Assembly (NCBI GenBank): GCA_964567755.1
Contig: CAZMNW010000047.1
Coordinates: forward strand, 80,229-144,228
From: an uncultured bacterium
GTDB lineage: Bacteria > Krumholzibacteriota > Krumholzibacteriia > G020349025
Length of the DNA stretch: 64,000 bases
Reading direction: 5' to 3'
In this document: in pieces, positions 19,793-29,700 of the stretch
How the letters are laid out: the number at the start of each line of letters is the position of its first letter
Position numbering within the stretch: the stretch's first letter is position 1
The notes under the pieces: model-generated
Told to the model about the DNA's origin: nothing
What the model saw: only the letters and a program-made list of their open reading frames with translations
The model's database searches: none
Made by a program: the position numbers and the translations under genes

Positions 19793-21109
19793 ATGCGTTC
19801 GTCCACGCGCCGCATTCTCGGTTTCACGGCGCTCGCGGCGCTGGCCCAGCACGCCGGCTGCGCCCACATCCGGCCGCTGGAAGGCGGTGCCGCCGACGAA
19901 TCGCCGCCGCATCTCGTCTCGAGCCTACCGGCGGACTCGAGCCGGGGCCTCGGCCGCGCACCAGTGCTGGAGCTGCACTTCGACGAAGCGCTGAATGCCA
20001 CGCCCGCCGCCGCCGCCGTGCGCACCTACCCGTCGCAGCCTCGACCGGAGGTGCGCGTGCGAGGCACGCAAGTCGAGATCCGCTACCGCGACTCGCTGCC
20101 TCCCGACACCACCTTCGCTGTCGTCCTCGGCGAGGGATTCCAGGATGCTGCCGGACGCGGCAACGAGCTCGCCGGCGAAATCTGGCTGGTGTTCGCCACC
20201 GCGGACACCATGCGGGGCGGCGCGGTGTTCGGCCGCGTGCGCGCGAAGGGTCAGCCTGAGCCACAGGCGGCAGTGCGTTTCGAACCGCTGGCGGCGATCG
20301 CGGATTCGATCGATTCGCTCCGCCTGCGGCCAGGCGGGTCCGGCATTCGCCCACGTGCAGTCGTTGCCGCCGCCGATGCCGAGGGCCTTTTTCGCCTGCT
20401 CGCGCTCCCTGCCGGGAAACCGTTCGTCCTGCGCGCATTCATCGATCGCAACCGCAGCCTGGACGTGGATGACGACGAGCTCGCCGCGGTGCACCCGGAA
20501 ACTCTGCAGCTCCGCGATGGCGAGGTGCGCCGCGGACTGGAATGGAACCTCGTCGATCCGAATGAGCCTGGGACGATCCGGGGAGTCGCGTTCAACCGCA
20601 CCGATGTCGCCGGCCGCATCGCGGTGGCATTGCGGGCGGTCGATCTCGCCGGCGAACCGACAGTCCCCGGTGCCGCCGATTCGACGCGACACGACAGCCT
20701 CGGCGCCCGATCGGGCGTGGATTCGTCGCTCGCGGCGGAACCCCTGGCTCACTCCCCCGCAGTCGTGGAACCGCTCGGGGCGGAATCGTTGCCGGTCGCC
20801 CCCGTGGGAGTGTGGGAACAGGCCTATGCCGCGCTCGGCTCTTGGGGATCGCAGCGCCAGACGCGCGGCAGCATGGAAACGCCGACCGTGTACGCTTCGC
20901 CCCGCGGGGACTACAGTCTGCGTGCGCGGCCCGGGCGGCAGCGTTTGTTTGCATTCATCGACGCCTCGGGGGATTCGCTGCCGGGGACCTACATCGCCGC
21001 CGACAGTTTGCACCGCGAGTGGGAACCGCTGTGGGTCGGCGGGATTCTGGATGTGGTTCCGGCGGCCGAAATACGGCCGCGGTCGATCGACATCGAAGCG
21101 CCGCAGTGA
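19793..21109 (+). CDS. Hypothetical lipoprotein with Ig-like/beta-sandwich repeats
   Basis: Lipoprotein-like signal peptide with lipobox 'LAQHAGC'. Rich in Pro/Asp with repetitive beta-strand segments. I recognise no catalytic motif. Confidence 0.5.
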   Translation: MRSSTRRILGFTALAALAQHAGCAHIRPLEGGAADESPPHLVSSLPADSSRGLGRAPVLELHFDEALNATPAAAAVRTYPSQPRPEVRVRGTQVEIRYRDSLPPDTTFAVVLGEGFQDAAGRGNELAGEIWLVFATADTMRGGAVFGRVRAKGQPEPQAAVRFEPLAAIADSIDSLRLRPGGSGIRPRAVVAAADAEGLFRLLALPAGKPFVLRAFIDRNRSLDVDDDELAAVHPETLQLRDGEVRRGLEWNLVDPNEPGTIRGVAFNRTDVAGRIAVALRAVDLAGEPTVPGAADSTRHDSLGARSGVDSSLAAEPLAHSPAVVEPLGAESLPVAPVGVWEQAYAALGSWGSQRQTRGSMETPTVYASPRGDYSLRARPGRQRLFAFIDASGDSLPGTYIAADSLHREWEPLWVGGILDVVPAAEIRPRSIDIEAPQ

Positions 21110-21158
21110 ACACGTCGAGACACGACGACGATCGCGAGGTTCGAGGAAGGAAGTTGGG

Positions 21159-22043
21159 ATGTTGCGAGGAGTCTTGACCGCGCTGGTGACCCCATTCCGC
21201 GATGGCGCAGTGGACGAAGCGGCGCTCCGCACATTGCTACAACAGCAGTTGCGCGCGGGCGTGAGCGGCGTGGTGCTGTGCGGCTCGACGGGTGAAGCCG
21301 CCACCTTGCAGCGTGAAGAGCGCCGTCGCCTCTGTGCACTCGGCATCGAGCTCTGCCGCGGCAGCCAGACACAAGCCTGGATCGGGACTGGCACCAACGA
21401 CACGCGGTCCAGCATCGAGCTCACACAGGAAGCGCAGGAACTCGGTGCCGCAGGCGCCATGATCGTGGCCCCGTATTACAACAAGCCGACCCAAGAGGGC
21501 CTGTACCGGCATTTCGCCGCGGTTGCAAACGCCACGACCTTGCCATTGATTCTCTACAACGTTCCCGGGAGAACAGGCGTCAACGTGCTGCCCGAAACGG
21601 TAGCCAGAGTCGCCCAGCTCGGGCGCTACGCCGCGGTCAAGGAAGCCAGCGGCTCGCTCGATCAGGTGAGCGATATCCGGGCGCGCTGCGACCTGCCCGT
21701 GCTCTCGGGCGACGACTCGCTCACCTTGCCGATGATGGCAGTCGGTGCCGTTGGGGTGATCTCGGTGGTGTCCAATCTGCTGCCGCGTGCGACCCGCCAC
21801 CTGGTCGACGCATTTGAGGCCGGACAGCTGCAAGACGCGCGCATGTGGCATTTCCGCCTGCTGCCGTTCTTCAAGGGGGCGTTCATCGAAACCAACCCTT
21901 CGCCGATCAAGGCCTGGCTCGAGCTCGCGGGAACGGCCCGCTCGGAGACACGCCTGCCGCTCGTCCCTGCCTCGGCGAACGCGAGAGCCGAGCTCGCGAC
22001 CATCCTGAATGCGGCCACGTGGCGGCACGAGGTGGAAGCGTGA
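21159..22043 (+). CDS. dapA: 4-hydroxy-tetrahydrodipicolinate synthase
   Basis: 'MLRGVLTALVTPFRDGAVDEAALRTLLQQQLRAGVSGVVLCGSTGEAATL...PLILYNVPGRTGVNV...AVKEASG' gives the DapA fold and motifs. GAGGAAGG ribosome-binding site. Confidence 0.9.
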   Translation: MLRGVLTALVTPFRDGAVDEAALRTLLQQQLRAGVSGVVLCGSTGEAATLQREERRRLCALGIELCRGSQTQAWIGTGTNDTRSSIELTQEAQELGAAGAMIVAPYYNKPTQEGLYRHFAAVANATTLPLILYNVPGRTGVNVLPETVARVAQLGRYAAVKEASGSLDQVSDIRARCDLPVLSGDDSLTLPMMAVGAVGVISVVSNLLPRATRHLVDAFEAGQLQDARMWHFRLLPFFKGAFIETNPSPIKAWLELAGTARSETRLPLVPASANARAELATILNAATWRHEVEA

Positions 22044-22810
22044 GCGCGGGCTTGGTGGTGAATGGGGCCGCCGGACGGATGGGGCGTTTGGTCGCATCGC
22101 ATCTGCGCCGCTCCGGCTTTCACGATGTCGTTGGATGCGACGTGGTCGAAGACAGCAGCCTCGCCCTGGAAGATGGGCCGTTGCCGCTCGAGCGCGACCT
22201 CGTGCAGGCGCTGCGTCCCGACGGCATCGTGGTGGACTTTTCGCATCCAGGAGCCACACCAGTCTTGCTGGACGCGGTGCAGGCGCGACGCGCTCGGCTC
22301 GTCATCGGGACGACGGGGCAGTCCGCTGCCGAAATGCGCCGGCTCGAATCAGCTGCTGCCAGCGTTCCCGTGGTGGTGGCCCGAAACTTCAGTCTCGGCA
22401 TTCAAAGAATCATGCAGATAATTGCTAAATTGAGAGTTATGATCGATGAAGGTTTCGATCTCGAGATTCTCGAAGCGCATCATGCCGGCAAGCGCGACGC
22501 CCCGAGCGGCACCGCCCTCATGTTGCTCGAGGCGTTCTGGGGCAACTCACCCAACGCTGTCGTGTACGGCAGATCCGGCGTGGACGCCCTGCGGAAGCCG
22601 CGCGAGGTCGGCGTGCATAGCGTGCGTGGCGGGGGGATTCCCGGCGAGCACACGTTGCTCCTCGCAGGGACCGACGAGGTCGTAGAGATTCGGCATCGGG
22701 CGCTCTCCCGCGCCGCTTTCGTGAGCGGCGTGCCGAAGGCGGTGCGATTCGTGCAAGACCATCCTCCCGGCCTATATTCAATGCTGGACGTGATGGGAGA
22801 TGCGCAGTAG
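22040..22810 (+). CDS. dapB: 4-hydroxy-tetrahydrodipicolinate reductase
   Basis: 'VSAGLVVNGAAGRMGRLVASHL' (GxxGxxG NAD(P) binding), '...DFSHPGATPVLLDAVQARRARLVIGTTG' and '...EILEAHHAGKRDAPSGTAL'. GTG overlaps the dapA stop (GTGA). Confidence 0.85.
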   Translation: MSAGLVVNGAAGRMGRLVASHLRRSGFHDVVGCDVVEDSSLALEDGPLPLERDLVQALRPDGIVVDFSHPGATPVLLDAVQARRARLVIGTTGQSAAEMRRLESAAASVPVVVARNFSLGIQRIMQIIAKLRVMIDEGFDLEILEAHHAGKRDAPSGTALMLLEAFWGNSPNAVVYGRSGVDALRKPREVGVHSVRGGGIPGEHTLLLAGTDEVVEIRHRALSRAAFVSGVPKAVRFVQDHPPGLYSMLDVMGDAQ

Positions 22811-25667
22811 CTGGCACAATCGGCTGTTCGTAGCTATGGCTCTGGCGCTCCTCTGCGGCGGGCCCGCGCACGCGCAGTACCTCTTCGGCCAGAACAAGGT
22901 CATCTACTCGGAGAAGGACTGGAACGTCATCTCCACCCCGCACCTGGATGTCTACTACTACGAAGGGGAACAAGAGCTGGCCGAGTACGTCGCCGCTTAC
23001 GCCGAGCAGGTGACATGCGAGTACGACAGCACCTTTCAGCATCAATTCGAGCAAAAGATTCCGTTCATCCTCTACGCCTCGCACCACGACTTCAAGCAGA
23101 CCAACGTCATCGATTTGCTGATCTCGGAGTACGTCGGGGGCTTCACCGAGCTGCTGCGCGGTCGCGTGGCCATCCCACACACGGGGTCGTGGACACAGCT
23201 GCGCGAGGTCATCCGTCACGAGCTGGTCCACGCCTACATGAACGACAAGCTGGCGCACCTCATGACCACCAAACACCGCTACAACTATGGTCCGCCGCCA
23301 TTGTGGTTCAGCGAGGGTCTGGCCGAGTACATCGCCACCCCCGAAGCGGGCACGGAAGCGCAGATGTTCATGCGCGACTTCATCGTCAACGACAACCTGG
23401 TGGACATCGCCAATCTGTGGCGCATTCAAGGCACCTTCCTCATGTACAAGGAAGGCGAATCGCTGGTGCGGTACATCGGCACGCGTTTCGGCGACGTCGC
23501 CTTGATCCGATTGTTGGAAGACTGGTGGGTGTCCGACGACTTCGCGACCGTGCTGCGCTACACCCTGGGTCTCTCGATCGCCGATCTCAACCGCGACTGG
23601 ACGCGCTACCTCAAGCGCCGTTTCTATCCGGCGGTGATGACCGCCGAGTGGCCGGATCAGCATGGAACGGCGCTGGTGGAGAAACGCGCCATCAACGCCC
23701 GGCCCGCGGTGGTGGCGGACAGTAGCTGCGCCGACGGCTTCGATTTCGTCTATGTTTCGTCGGCCTCGGGCAACGTCGATCTCGTGCATGCGCGCGCCAT
23801 CGCCGCCGACCAGCACGAGACGCAGAGGCTCGCCGTCGGCGGACGCGACCGCACCTACGAATCGATCCCGGCTTTCTCCAGCGGCCCCGACGTGCTTGGC
23901 CGCAAGGTGGCGTTCACCGCCAAGTCGGGGGAGTCCGACGCCCTCTTCGTCCTCGACCTCGACAGCGGCCACCGATTGGCGAAGCACAACTTCGCCTCAC
24001 TGATCACAGTGCAAAGCCCAACTTGGTCGCCGGACGGCAGCCAGGTCATCCTGGTCGGGTTGGATCGTAGCGGTTGGAGCGATCTCTATCGCGTCGACGT
24101 CGCGAGCGGCAGCATGGAACGCCTGACTTTCGACGCCGCACACGATCGCGATCCCGATTGGAGCCGGGATGGCAAACAAGTGGCCTGGAGCAGCGATCGA
24201 GCCGCTCCCGAACGCAACGGCATCTACCACATCTTCGTTCTCGATTTGGCCAGCGGCGCGGTGACGCAACTCACCCAAGGCGCTCACGACGACGCCGCGC
24301 CGGCGTGGGGTCCCGGCGACACCTCGCTCTTGTGGAGCAGCGATCAGGATGGCGCCAACAACATCTATCGCTACGACCTGGAGGAGGGGACACTGGTCCA
24401 GCTCACCTCCACGCTCGGGGGGTTGTTCACGCCGCGCTGGACACCGGATGACCGTGGTTTCGTCGCCACCTCGTTCAGCAACTTGGCTTTCAACATCTAC
24501 CGATTCGATGTCGAGCCGCTGCGGCAGGTGCCGACGCAGACGCCACCCCCAGCCTTGGTGGCGGCTGCCTCGCCACTGCCCCCGGCGCGATCGACGCCGC
24601 AATCGAGCACGTGGATGCGAGACCTCGAAGGCCGCGCCTTCCCCAAACGCGACTACGACACCGATTTCGCCCTCGACTTCGTCCAGGGTGGCGTGGCGTT
24701 CGATCCTGATTTCTACAGCGCCGCGGGCGCCCAGATCGGCTTCACCGACGTGCTCGGCAACCATCGCGTCGGGTTGCTCTTCGCCACCTCGTCCGAGGGT
24801 TTCAACAACTTCTGGCGCCATCTCAATGTGGGCATCTCGTACACGAATCTGACGCGGCGGCTCAACTACACGCTCGGCGCCTTCCATTTGACGCGTGTCT
24901 ACGATCCGAACCTCGACCTGTATCGTTTCGAGCGCCGCTTGGGTGGTTTGCTCGGTGTGAGCTATCCGCTGTCGCGCTTCGAGCGCTTGGAGAACAACCT
25001 CGTCGTGCGCTTCGCCCAGCTCGACGACGACGTCGCCCAGCTGCTCGGCGTCGGTGCCCGCACCGTGCTGGTCACCAACTTCCTTTCCTTCGTGCACGAC
25101 AACACATTGTGGTCCTACGTCGGTCCCATCGATGGCACGCGCTACAACGTCACCTTCGGCCACACCTTCGACACCACGGGCGGCAACCGCGGCGTCACCT
25201 CGGTGCAGCTGGACTATCGCAAGTATTTCCGCCTGCCGGGGCGCAGCGTCTTCGCCTCACGTCTCATCGCCCGTGGCAACTGGGGTGGCGATGCGCAGCT
25301 GTTCTTCCTCGGCGGCCCATTCGACCTGCGCGGCTACGAGCGCAGATCGCTGTTCGCACGCCGTATCCTGCTGCTCAACGAAGAAGTGCGCTTCCCACTG
25401 TTGGATCGTCTGCTGCTCGGACTGCCGTTCCTGAGCGCGCTCGAGTTCGGCGGCTTCCGCGGCGCGCTGTTTGTCGATGGCGCCTACGTCGGCGAACCAT
25501 TCACCCCGGGCTGGTACGGCAGCTACGGCGCCGGCGTCGAGCTCGGGCTCGGCGTCGGTTTCATCGCCAGATGGGACATCGGCCGCACCACCGACTTCGG
25601 TGGCCAGAGCATCTATCGCGCTTCCGATCTCTCCTTCCAGCGCTTCTACATCGGCTGGAATTTCTGA
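22800..25667 (+). CDS. Outer-membrane protein with a TolB-like (PD40/WD40-like) beta-propeller and a C-terminal beta-barrel
   Basis: Signal peptide 'LFVAMALALLCGGPAHAQ'. Central PD40 repeats ('WSPDGSQVILVG', 'PDWSRDGKQVAWSSDR', 'PAWGPGDTSLLWSSDQDG', 'PRWTPDD'). C-terminus has alternating hydrophobic beta-strands and ends with an aromatic residue ('...FQRFYIGWNF'), typical of OM beta-barrels. The ATG overlaps the dapB 3' end by 11 nt. Confidence 0.55.
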   Translation: MRSSWHNRLFVAMALALLCGGPAHAQYLFGQNKVIYSEKDWNVISTPHLDVYYYEGEQELAEYVAAYAEQVTCEYDSTFQHQFEQKIPFILYASHHDFKQTNVIDLLISEYVGGFTELLRGRVAIPHTGSWTQLREVIRHELVHAYMNDKLAHLMTTKHRYNYGPPPLWFSEGLAEYIATPEAGTEAQMFMRDFIVNDNLVDIANLWRIQGTFLMYKEGESLVRYIGTRFGDVALIRLLEDWWVSDDFATVLRYTLGLSIADLNRDWTRYLKRRFYPAVMTAEWPDQHGTALVEKRAINARPAVVADSSCADGFDFVYVSSASGNVDLVHARAIAADQHETQRLAVGGRDRTYESIPAFSSGPDVLGRKVAFTAKSGESDALFVLDLDSGHRLAKHNFASLITVQSPTWSPDGSQVILVGLDRSGWSDLYRVDVASGSMERLTFDAAHDRDPDWSRDGKQVAWSSDRAAPERNGIYHIFVLDLASGAVTQLTQGAHDDAAPAWGPGDTSLLWSSDQDGANNIYRYDLEEGTLVQLTSTLGGLFTPRWTPDDRGFVATSFSNLAFNIYRFDVEPLRQVPTQTPPPALVAAASPLPPARSTPQSSTWMRDLEGRAFPKRDYDTDFALDFVQGGVAFDPDFYSAAGAQIGFTDVLGNHRVGLLFATSSEGFNNFWRHLNVGISYTNLTRRLNYTLGAFHLTRVYDPNLDLYRFERRLGGLLGVSYPLSRFERLENNLVVRFAQLDDDVAQLLGVGARTVLVTNFLSFVHDNTLWSYVGPIDGTRYNVTFGHTFDTTGGNRGVTSVQLDYRKYFRLPGRSVFASRLIARGNWGGDAQLFFLGGPFDLRGYERRSLFARRILLLNEEVRFPLLDRLLLGLPFLSALEFGGFRGALFVDGAYVGEPFTPGWYGSYGAGVELGLGVGFIARWDIGRTTDFGGQSIYRASDLSFQRFYIGWNF

Positions 25668-25781
25668 CGCCGCGCAGGGCCCTGCGCGCACATCAAGTCT
25701 GCCCCAATCCCCGACGCGTGGTTGCGACGCCGCCGTGCTTGCTTTAAGCTGCGCGCTCCGGAGTGCGGCCGAGGAGTGCAT

Positions 25782-27491
25782 ATGCGTTGGTCGAAATCGT
25801 TTTTGCCCACGTTTCGAGAAACACCGGCGGAAGCCGAGATCATCAGCCACCAGCTGATGTTGCGCGCCGGCATGATGCGCAAGCTCGCCGCCGGCGTGTT
25901 CTCCTATCTGCCGCTCGGATGGCGCTGCATCGCCAAGGCCACGGCCATCGTGCGCGAGGAGATGAATCGCGCCGGCGGCCAGGAAGTGGTCATGCCGGTG
26001 CTGCAGCCGGCCGAGCTGTGGCAGGAGAGCGGGCGCTGGCAGGCCTTCGGACGCGAGCTCATGCGCATGCGCGATCGTCACGAGCGCGAGTTCGCCCTCG
26101 GCCCGACGCACGAGGAAGTCATCACCACGCTCGCGCGCCAGACCTTGCGCAGCTACCGGCAGTTGCCGCAGAACCTCTACCAGATCCAGGTCAAATTCCG
26201 CGACGAGATCCGGCCGCGGTTCGGCGTCATGCGTGCGCGCGAGTTCACCATGAAGGACGCGTACAGCTTCCATGCCGACGATGCGTCGCTCGATCAAACC
26301 TACCGCGACATGCGCGATGCCTACACGCGCATCCTCGAACGCTGTGGGCTCGCGTTCCGCGTCGTCGAAGCCGATACCGGCGTCATCGGCGGCGCCGAGA
26401 GTCACGAATTCATGGTGCTGGCCACGAACGGCGAGTCGGAGATCTTGTCGTGCGACTCTTGCGGTTATGCCGCCAACTCCGAGCGGGCCGAGCTGCGCCT
26501 GCCCGCGGTCGTCACGGCGCCGGCAGGGGATGCGCCGCAGCAGGTCGCGACGCCGGGGAAGAAAACGGTGGCGGACGTGTCGAGCTTCCTCGGCGTGCAG
26601 CCGGCGGAGCTGGCCAAGACTCTCCTGTTCAAGATCGCCGACCGCGACGTGGCTGTGCTCCTGCCCGGGTCCCGCGACCTCAACGAAGCCAAGCTGGCGC
26701 GGTTGGCGGGCACACCGCTCTTGCGCATGCTGGAGGATGCCGAGGTCGAAGCATTGACGGGTGCCGCCGTCGGTTTCGCCGGCCCGGTGGGACTGCCGAG
26801 CGGAACACCGTTGTGGGCCGACCGCAGCTTGCAGCAAGCAACGAGCCTGGTGACGGGCGCCAATCGAACGGACGCACACCTGCGCGGCGTGGTCATCGGG
26901 CGTGACTTCACGGTGGAGCGTTGGAGCGACCTCGTGCTCGCGCGCGCCGGCGATTTCTGTCCGCGCTGCAACGGCACCTTGCAGTCTTCGCGCGGCATCG
27001 AGGTCGGTCACATCTTCAAGCTCGGCACCAAGTACAGCGAGAAGATGAGTGCCACGTTCCTCGACGAAACCGGCAAGGAACGTCCCTATGTCATGGGCTG
27101 CTACGGTTTCGGCGTCACCCGCACGGTGGCGGCCGCCATCGAACAGCACTACGACGAGGCCGGCATCGTCTGGCCGCCGGCGCTCGCACCCTTCGACGTC
27201 CTGGTGCTGCCGGTGCAGAGCTCGCACGCGGAGACGCAGCAGCTCGCATCCGAGCTCTACGAAACGCTGCGCGCCGATGGCATCGAGGTGCTGCTCGACG
27301 ATCGCGATCTTTCGCCCGGCGCCAAGTTCAAGGACGCCGACCTGATCGGCATCCCGGTCCGGGTGACGCTCGGCGAGCGCGGTCTGCGCGACGACAAGCT
27401 CGAGATCCGCGATCGCAAGACCGGCACCGTGCGCACGGTGCCGCGGGCCGAGCTGGCCCGGGCCGTGCGCGAAACCGTGCGTGGAAGCTAA
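25782..27491 (+). CDS. proS: Proline--tRNA ligase
   Basis: 'MRWSKSFLPTFRETPAEAEIISHQLMLRAGMMRKLAAGVFSYLPLGWR', class II motifs, and the bacterial-type editing insertion. GAGGAG ribosome-binding site. Confidence 0.95.
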   Translation: MRWSKSFLPTFRETPAEAEIISHQLMLRAGMMRKLAAGVFSYLPLGWRCIAKATAIVREEMNRAGGQEVVMPVLQPAELWQESGRWQAFGRELMRMRDRHEREFALGPTHEEVITTLARQTLRSYRQLPQNLYQIQVKFRDEIRPRFGVMRAREFTMKDAYSFHADDASLDQTYRDMRDAYTRILERCGLAFRVVEADTGVIGGAESHEFMVLATNGESEILSCDSCGYAANSERAELRLPAVVTAPAGDAPQQVATPGKKTVADVSSFLGVQPAELAKTLLFKIADRDVAVLLPGSRDLNEAKLARLAGTPLLRMLEDAEVEALTGAAVGFAGPVGLPSGTPLWADRSLQQATSLVTGANRTDAHLRGVVIGRDFTVERWSDLVLARAGDFCPRCNGTLQSSRGIEVGHIFKLGTKYSEKMSATFLDETGKERPYVMGCYGFGVTRTVAAAIEQHYDEAGIVWPPALAPFDVLVLPVQSSHAETQQLASELYETLRADGIEVLLDDRDLSPGAKFKDADLIGIPVRVTLGERGLRDDKLEIRDRKTGTVRTVPRAELARAVRETVRGS

Positions 27492-27495
27492 AAGA

Positions 27496-27756
27496 TCAGG
27501 CAGCGCGCAAGCGCTGGATGCTCGTGGCCAAGCGCGACTTGAGCCGCGAGGCGGTGCGGGGATGAATGAGACGCGTCTTGGCGCTCTTGTCGATGATCGC
27601 TTCGAGCTGGGGAAACGCCGTCCGCGCCGAGGCGGCATCTTGCAACGCGCGAAATTCGCGCAAGGCATGACGGAGACGCGCGCGCTTCGAGCGATTCACC
27701 AATCGCCGCTTGGCATCGCGCCGCAAAGTCTTCTCGAACTGCTTGTGATGAGGCAA
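27496..27756 (-). CDS. rpsT: 30S ribosomal protein S20
   Basis: 86-aa basic protein 'MPHHKQFEKTLRRDAKRRLVNRSKRARLRHALREF...LIHPRTASRLKSRLATSIQRL'. It matches the S20 pattern (K-R-rich N-terminus, 'IHKN/RTA..K..L'). Convergent with proS. Confidence 0.85.
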   Translation of the reverse strand: MPHHKQFEKTLRRDAKRRLVNRSKRARLRHALREFRALQDAASARTAFPQLEAIIDKSAKTRLIHPRTASRLKSRLATSIQRLRAA

Positions 27757-27762
27757 GGAACT

Positions 27763-29160
27763 ATGACCTCCAGAGTGCCCAAAAACCGCGTGACGCTACC
27801 ATGCCCCGCCGCCCCTGTCAACGCAGCCGGCCGCCCGGTCGGGGACCGGCGAAAACAGCCTCGTCCGCGCGGCCGGCATCGGGCCGCGATCGTGGCACTC
27901 GTCACGCTCGGCGCCACTTTACTTTCGGTTCCAGCCGCTGCGGCCGACTTCGCCATCCACGCCACACGTCTCGTCGATCCGCGGCTCGGCCGCGTCCGCA
28001 GCCCGGTCTGGGTGACGGTCGCCGACGACACCATCGCGGCGGTCGAATCACACGCCCCGGCCGGCGTCTCGGTTCTCGACTTGGGCGACGTGACGCTGCT
28101 TCCCGGTCTCATCGACGTGCACACTCATCTCGGCACACGTGTCGGCATCGCACCCCTCGAGCAGCTGCGGACGTCCACAGCGCGAGTGGCGATCACTGGA
28201 GTCGAGAACTGTCGCCAGACGCTGCTCGCCGGCTTCACCACCTGCCGCGACGTTGGCGGCAGCGAGGGAGTGGACGTGGCCTTGCGTGACGCCATCGCCG
28301 CCGGAGAGATCTGGGGACCGCGCCTGCAAGTTGCAACTTGGCCGCTGTCCATGACCGGGGGGCATGGCGACGATCGCAACTTGCTCGACTACCACTGGTG
28401 TTCGGATCTCGCCACGGGTGTTGCCGACGGCGTTGACGAAGTGCGCAAGAAGGTGCGCTTCGACATCCAACAGGGCGCGGATCTCATCAAGATCCTCGCG
28501 ACCGGTGGCGTCCTTTCCGCCGGCGACGATCCGCGCCACACGACCTACACACAGGACGAGCTGCGTGCCGCCTGCGACGAAGCCAAGCGCCTCGGGCGTT
28601 TCGTCGCCGCACATTGCCACGGCAGGGAAGGCATGATCTGGGCGAGCCTCGCCGGTGCGCGCTCCATCGAGCACGGCACCTACATGGACGACGAGGTCGC
28701 GAACCTCCTGAAGAAGAACGGCACCTGGTACGTGCCGACGCTCTACGTCATCGAACCGATCCTGGCCGAGGGCAACCCGCTGCACATCCGCGACGAGAGC
28801 CTGGCGAAGGCGGAGGCGGTGCGCGGACACATGCGGCGGGCGTTCCGGACCGCGCGCGAGCGCGGCGTGCGCATCGCCTTCGGCAGCGATGCCGGCGTCT
28901 TCGCGCACGGCACGCAAGCGCGCGAGTTCGCCATCTACGTCGACGAAGGCATGACGCCGATGCAAGCCATCCAGACCGCCACGACATCCGCCGCCGAGCT
29001 CATGGGCTGGAGCGACCGCGTCGGCGGCGTCGCTCCAGGTCAGTTCGCCGACCTCATCGCCACCGCCGGTGACCCTACCGAAGACATCACCGAACTACAG
29101 CGCGTGCGCTGGGTGATGAAGGGCGGCGTCGTGGTCAAGAACGACCTGGGCGAGGAGTGA
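27763..29160 (+). CDS. Secreted metal-dependent amidohydrolase (imidazolonepropionase / Xaa-Pro dipeptidase-like family)
   Basis: Signal peptide 'RAAIVALVTLGATLLSVPAAAA'. 'LLPGLIDVHTHLG' (HxH metal site), '...FVAAHCHG...' and 'IAFGSDAGV'. An alternative start lies 15 nt upstream (MRQGTM...). Confidence 0.75.
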   Translation: MTSRVPKNRVTLPCPAAPVNAAGRPVGDRRKQPRPRGRHRAAIVALVTLGATLLSVPAAAADFAIHATRLVDPRLGRVRSPVWVTVADDTIAAVESHAPAGVSVLDLGDVTLLPGLIDVHTHLGTRVGIAPLEQLRTSTARVAITGVENCRQTLLAGFTTCRDVGGSEGVDVALRDAIAAGEIWGPRLQVATWPLSMTGGHGDDRNLLDYHWCSDLATGVADGVDEVRKKVRFDIQQGADLIKILATGGVLSAGDDPRHTTYTQDELRAACDEAKRLGRFVAAHCHGREGMIWASLAGARSIEHGTYMDDEVANLLKKNGTWYVPTLYVIEPILAEGNPLHIRDESLAKAEAVRGHMRRAFRTARERGVRIAFGSDAGVFAHGTQAREFAIYVDEGMTPMQAIQTATTSAAELMGWSDRVGGVAPGQFADLIATAGDPTEDITELQRVRWVMKGGVVVKNDLGEE

Positions 29161-29383
29161 GCTCGTCGCACAGCGTGGCGGCGTTCCGCGGTGGATGTGC
29201 TTGCCGTCAATTCCACGAGCGTGGAGGCGCGCTCGCCCTCTGGTTCGACAACACTCACAGTCGTAGGTGAATTGCCCTGTCTCCTCTCTTGGCTTCAATG
29301 TTCTGGATCGACTCTAGGCTCGCCTTTCGCCGCGGTTACGTCGCGGAATGAGTGACCGTCCTCGGCCGGAACCGAACGAAAAC

Positions 29384-29700
29384 GTGGAGCAGTCGCCACC
29401 TGCGGATTCACGATTGACGCTCCTCGACTTGGAACCCCGGGACTCTCGCGCTGGAAAACGTGGAGCAAGCGTCCATGGATTACGATTGACGCCCTCGACT
29501 GGAACCCGGGAAAACGGAGGTCGCGCTCGCGCATAACCATTGACAGCGCTCGACCCGGAACCCGGGACTTTCTCGGTTGAAAGCGTAGTGCGGTTGCACC
29601 GGAGGATCACAATTGACGGCCCTCGATTGGAACCCAGCGGCCAGGAACCCTGTGACTCCTGCAAGAAAACATGGAGCAGTCGCGCCGGCGGAGGAGGCTC
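29384..29700. repeat. Degenerate tandem repeat array: about 5 copies of a ~58-80-bp unit with core GAAAACGTGGAGCAGTCGCC...ATTGACGC.CCTCGAC.TGGAACCCGGGA
   Basis: Unit starts at about 29384, 29453, 29511, 29578 and 29664. Both the 'ATTGAC...GGAACCCGGGA' half and the 'GAAAACGTGGAGCAGTCG' half recur, with roughly 70-85% identity that decays toward the 3' end. It lies in a 1.2-kb non-coding spacer of lower GC between convergent genes. Confidence 0.7.

Noticed and set aside
27481-27762. Upstream extension of the amidohydrolase ORF overlapping rpsT on the opposite strand
   Set aside because: It overlaps the well-supported S20 gene. The signal peptide and a plausible ATG begin at 27763.
29384-29700. 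CRISPR array (33-nt repeats with ~30-nt spacers)
   Set aside because: The spacers also resemble each other: the whole ~65-bp unit is repeated, not just half of it. Repeat copies diverge by 15-30%, and I see no cas genes or leader anywhere in the window. It is better described as a degenerate tandem duplication.
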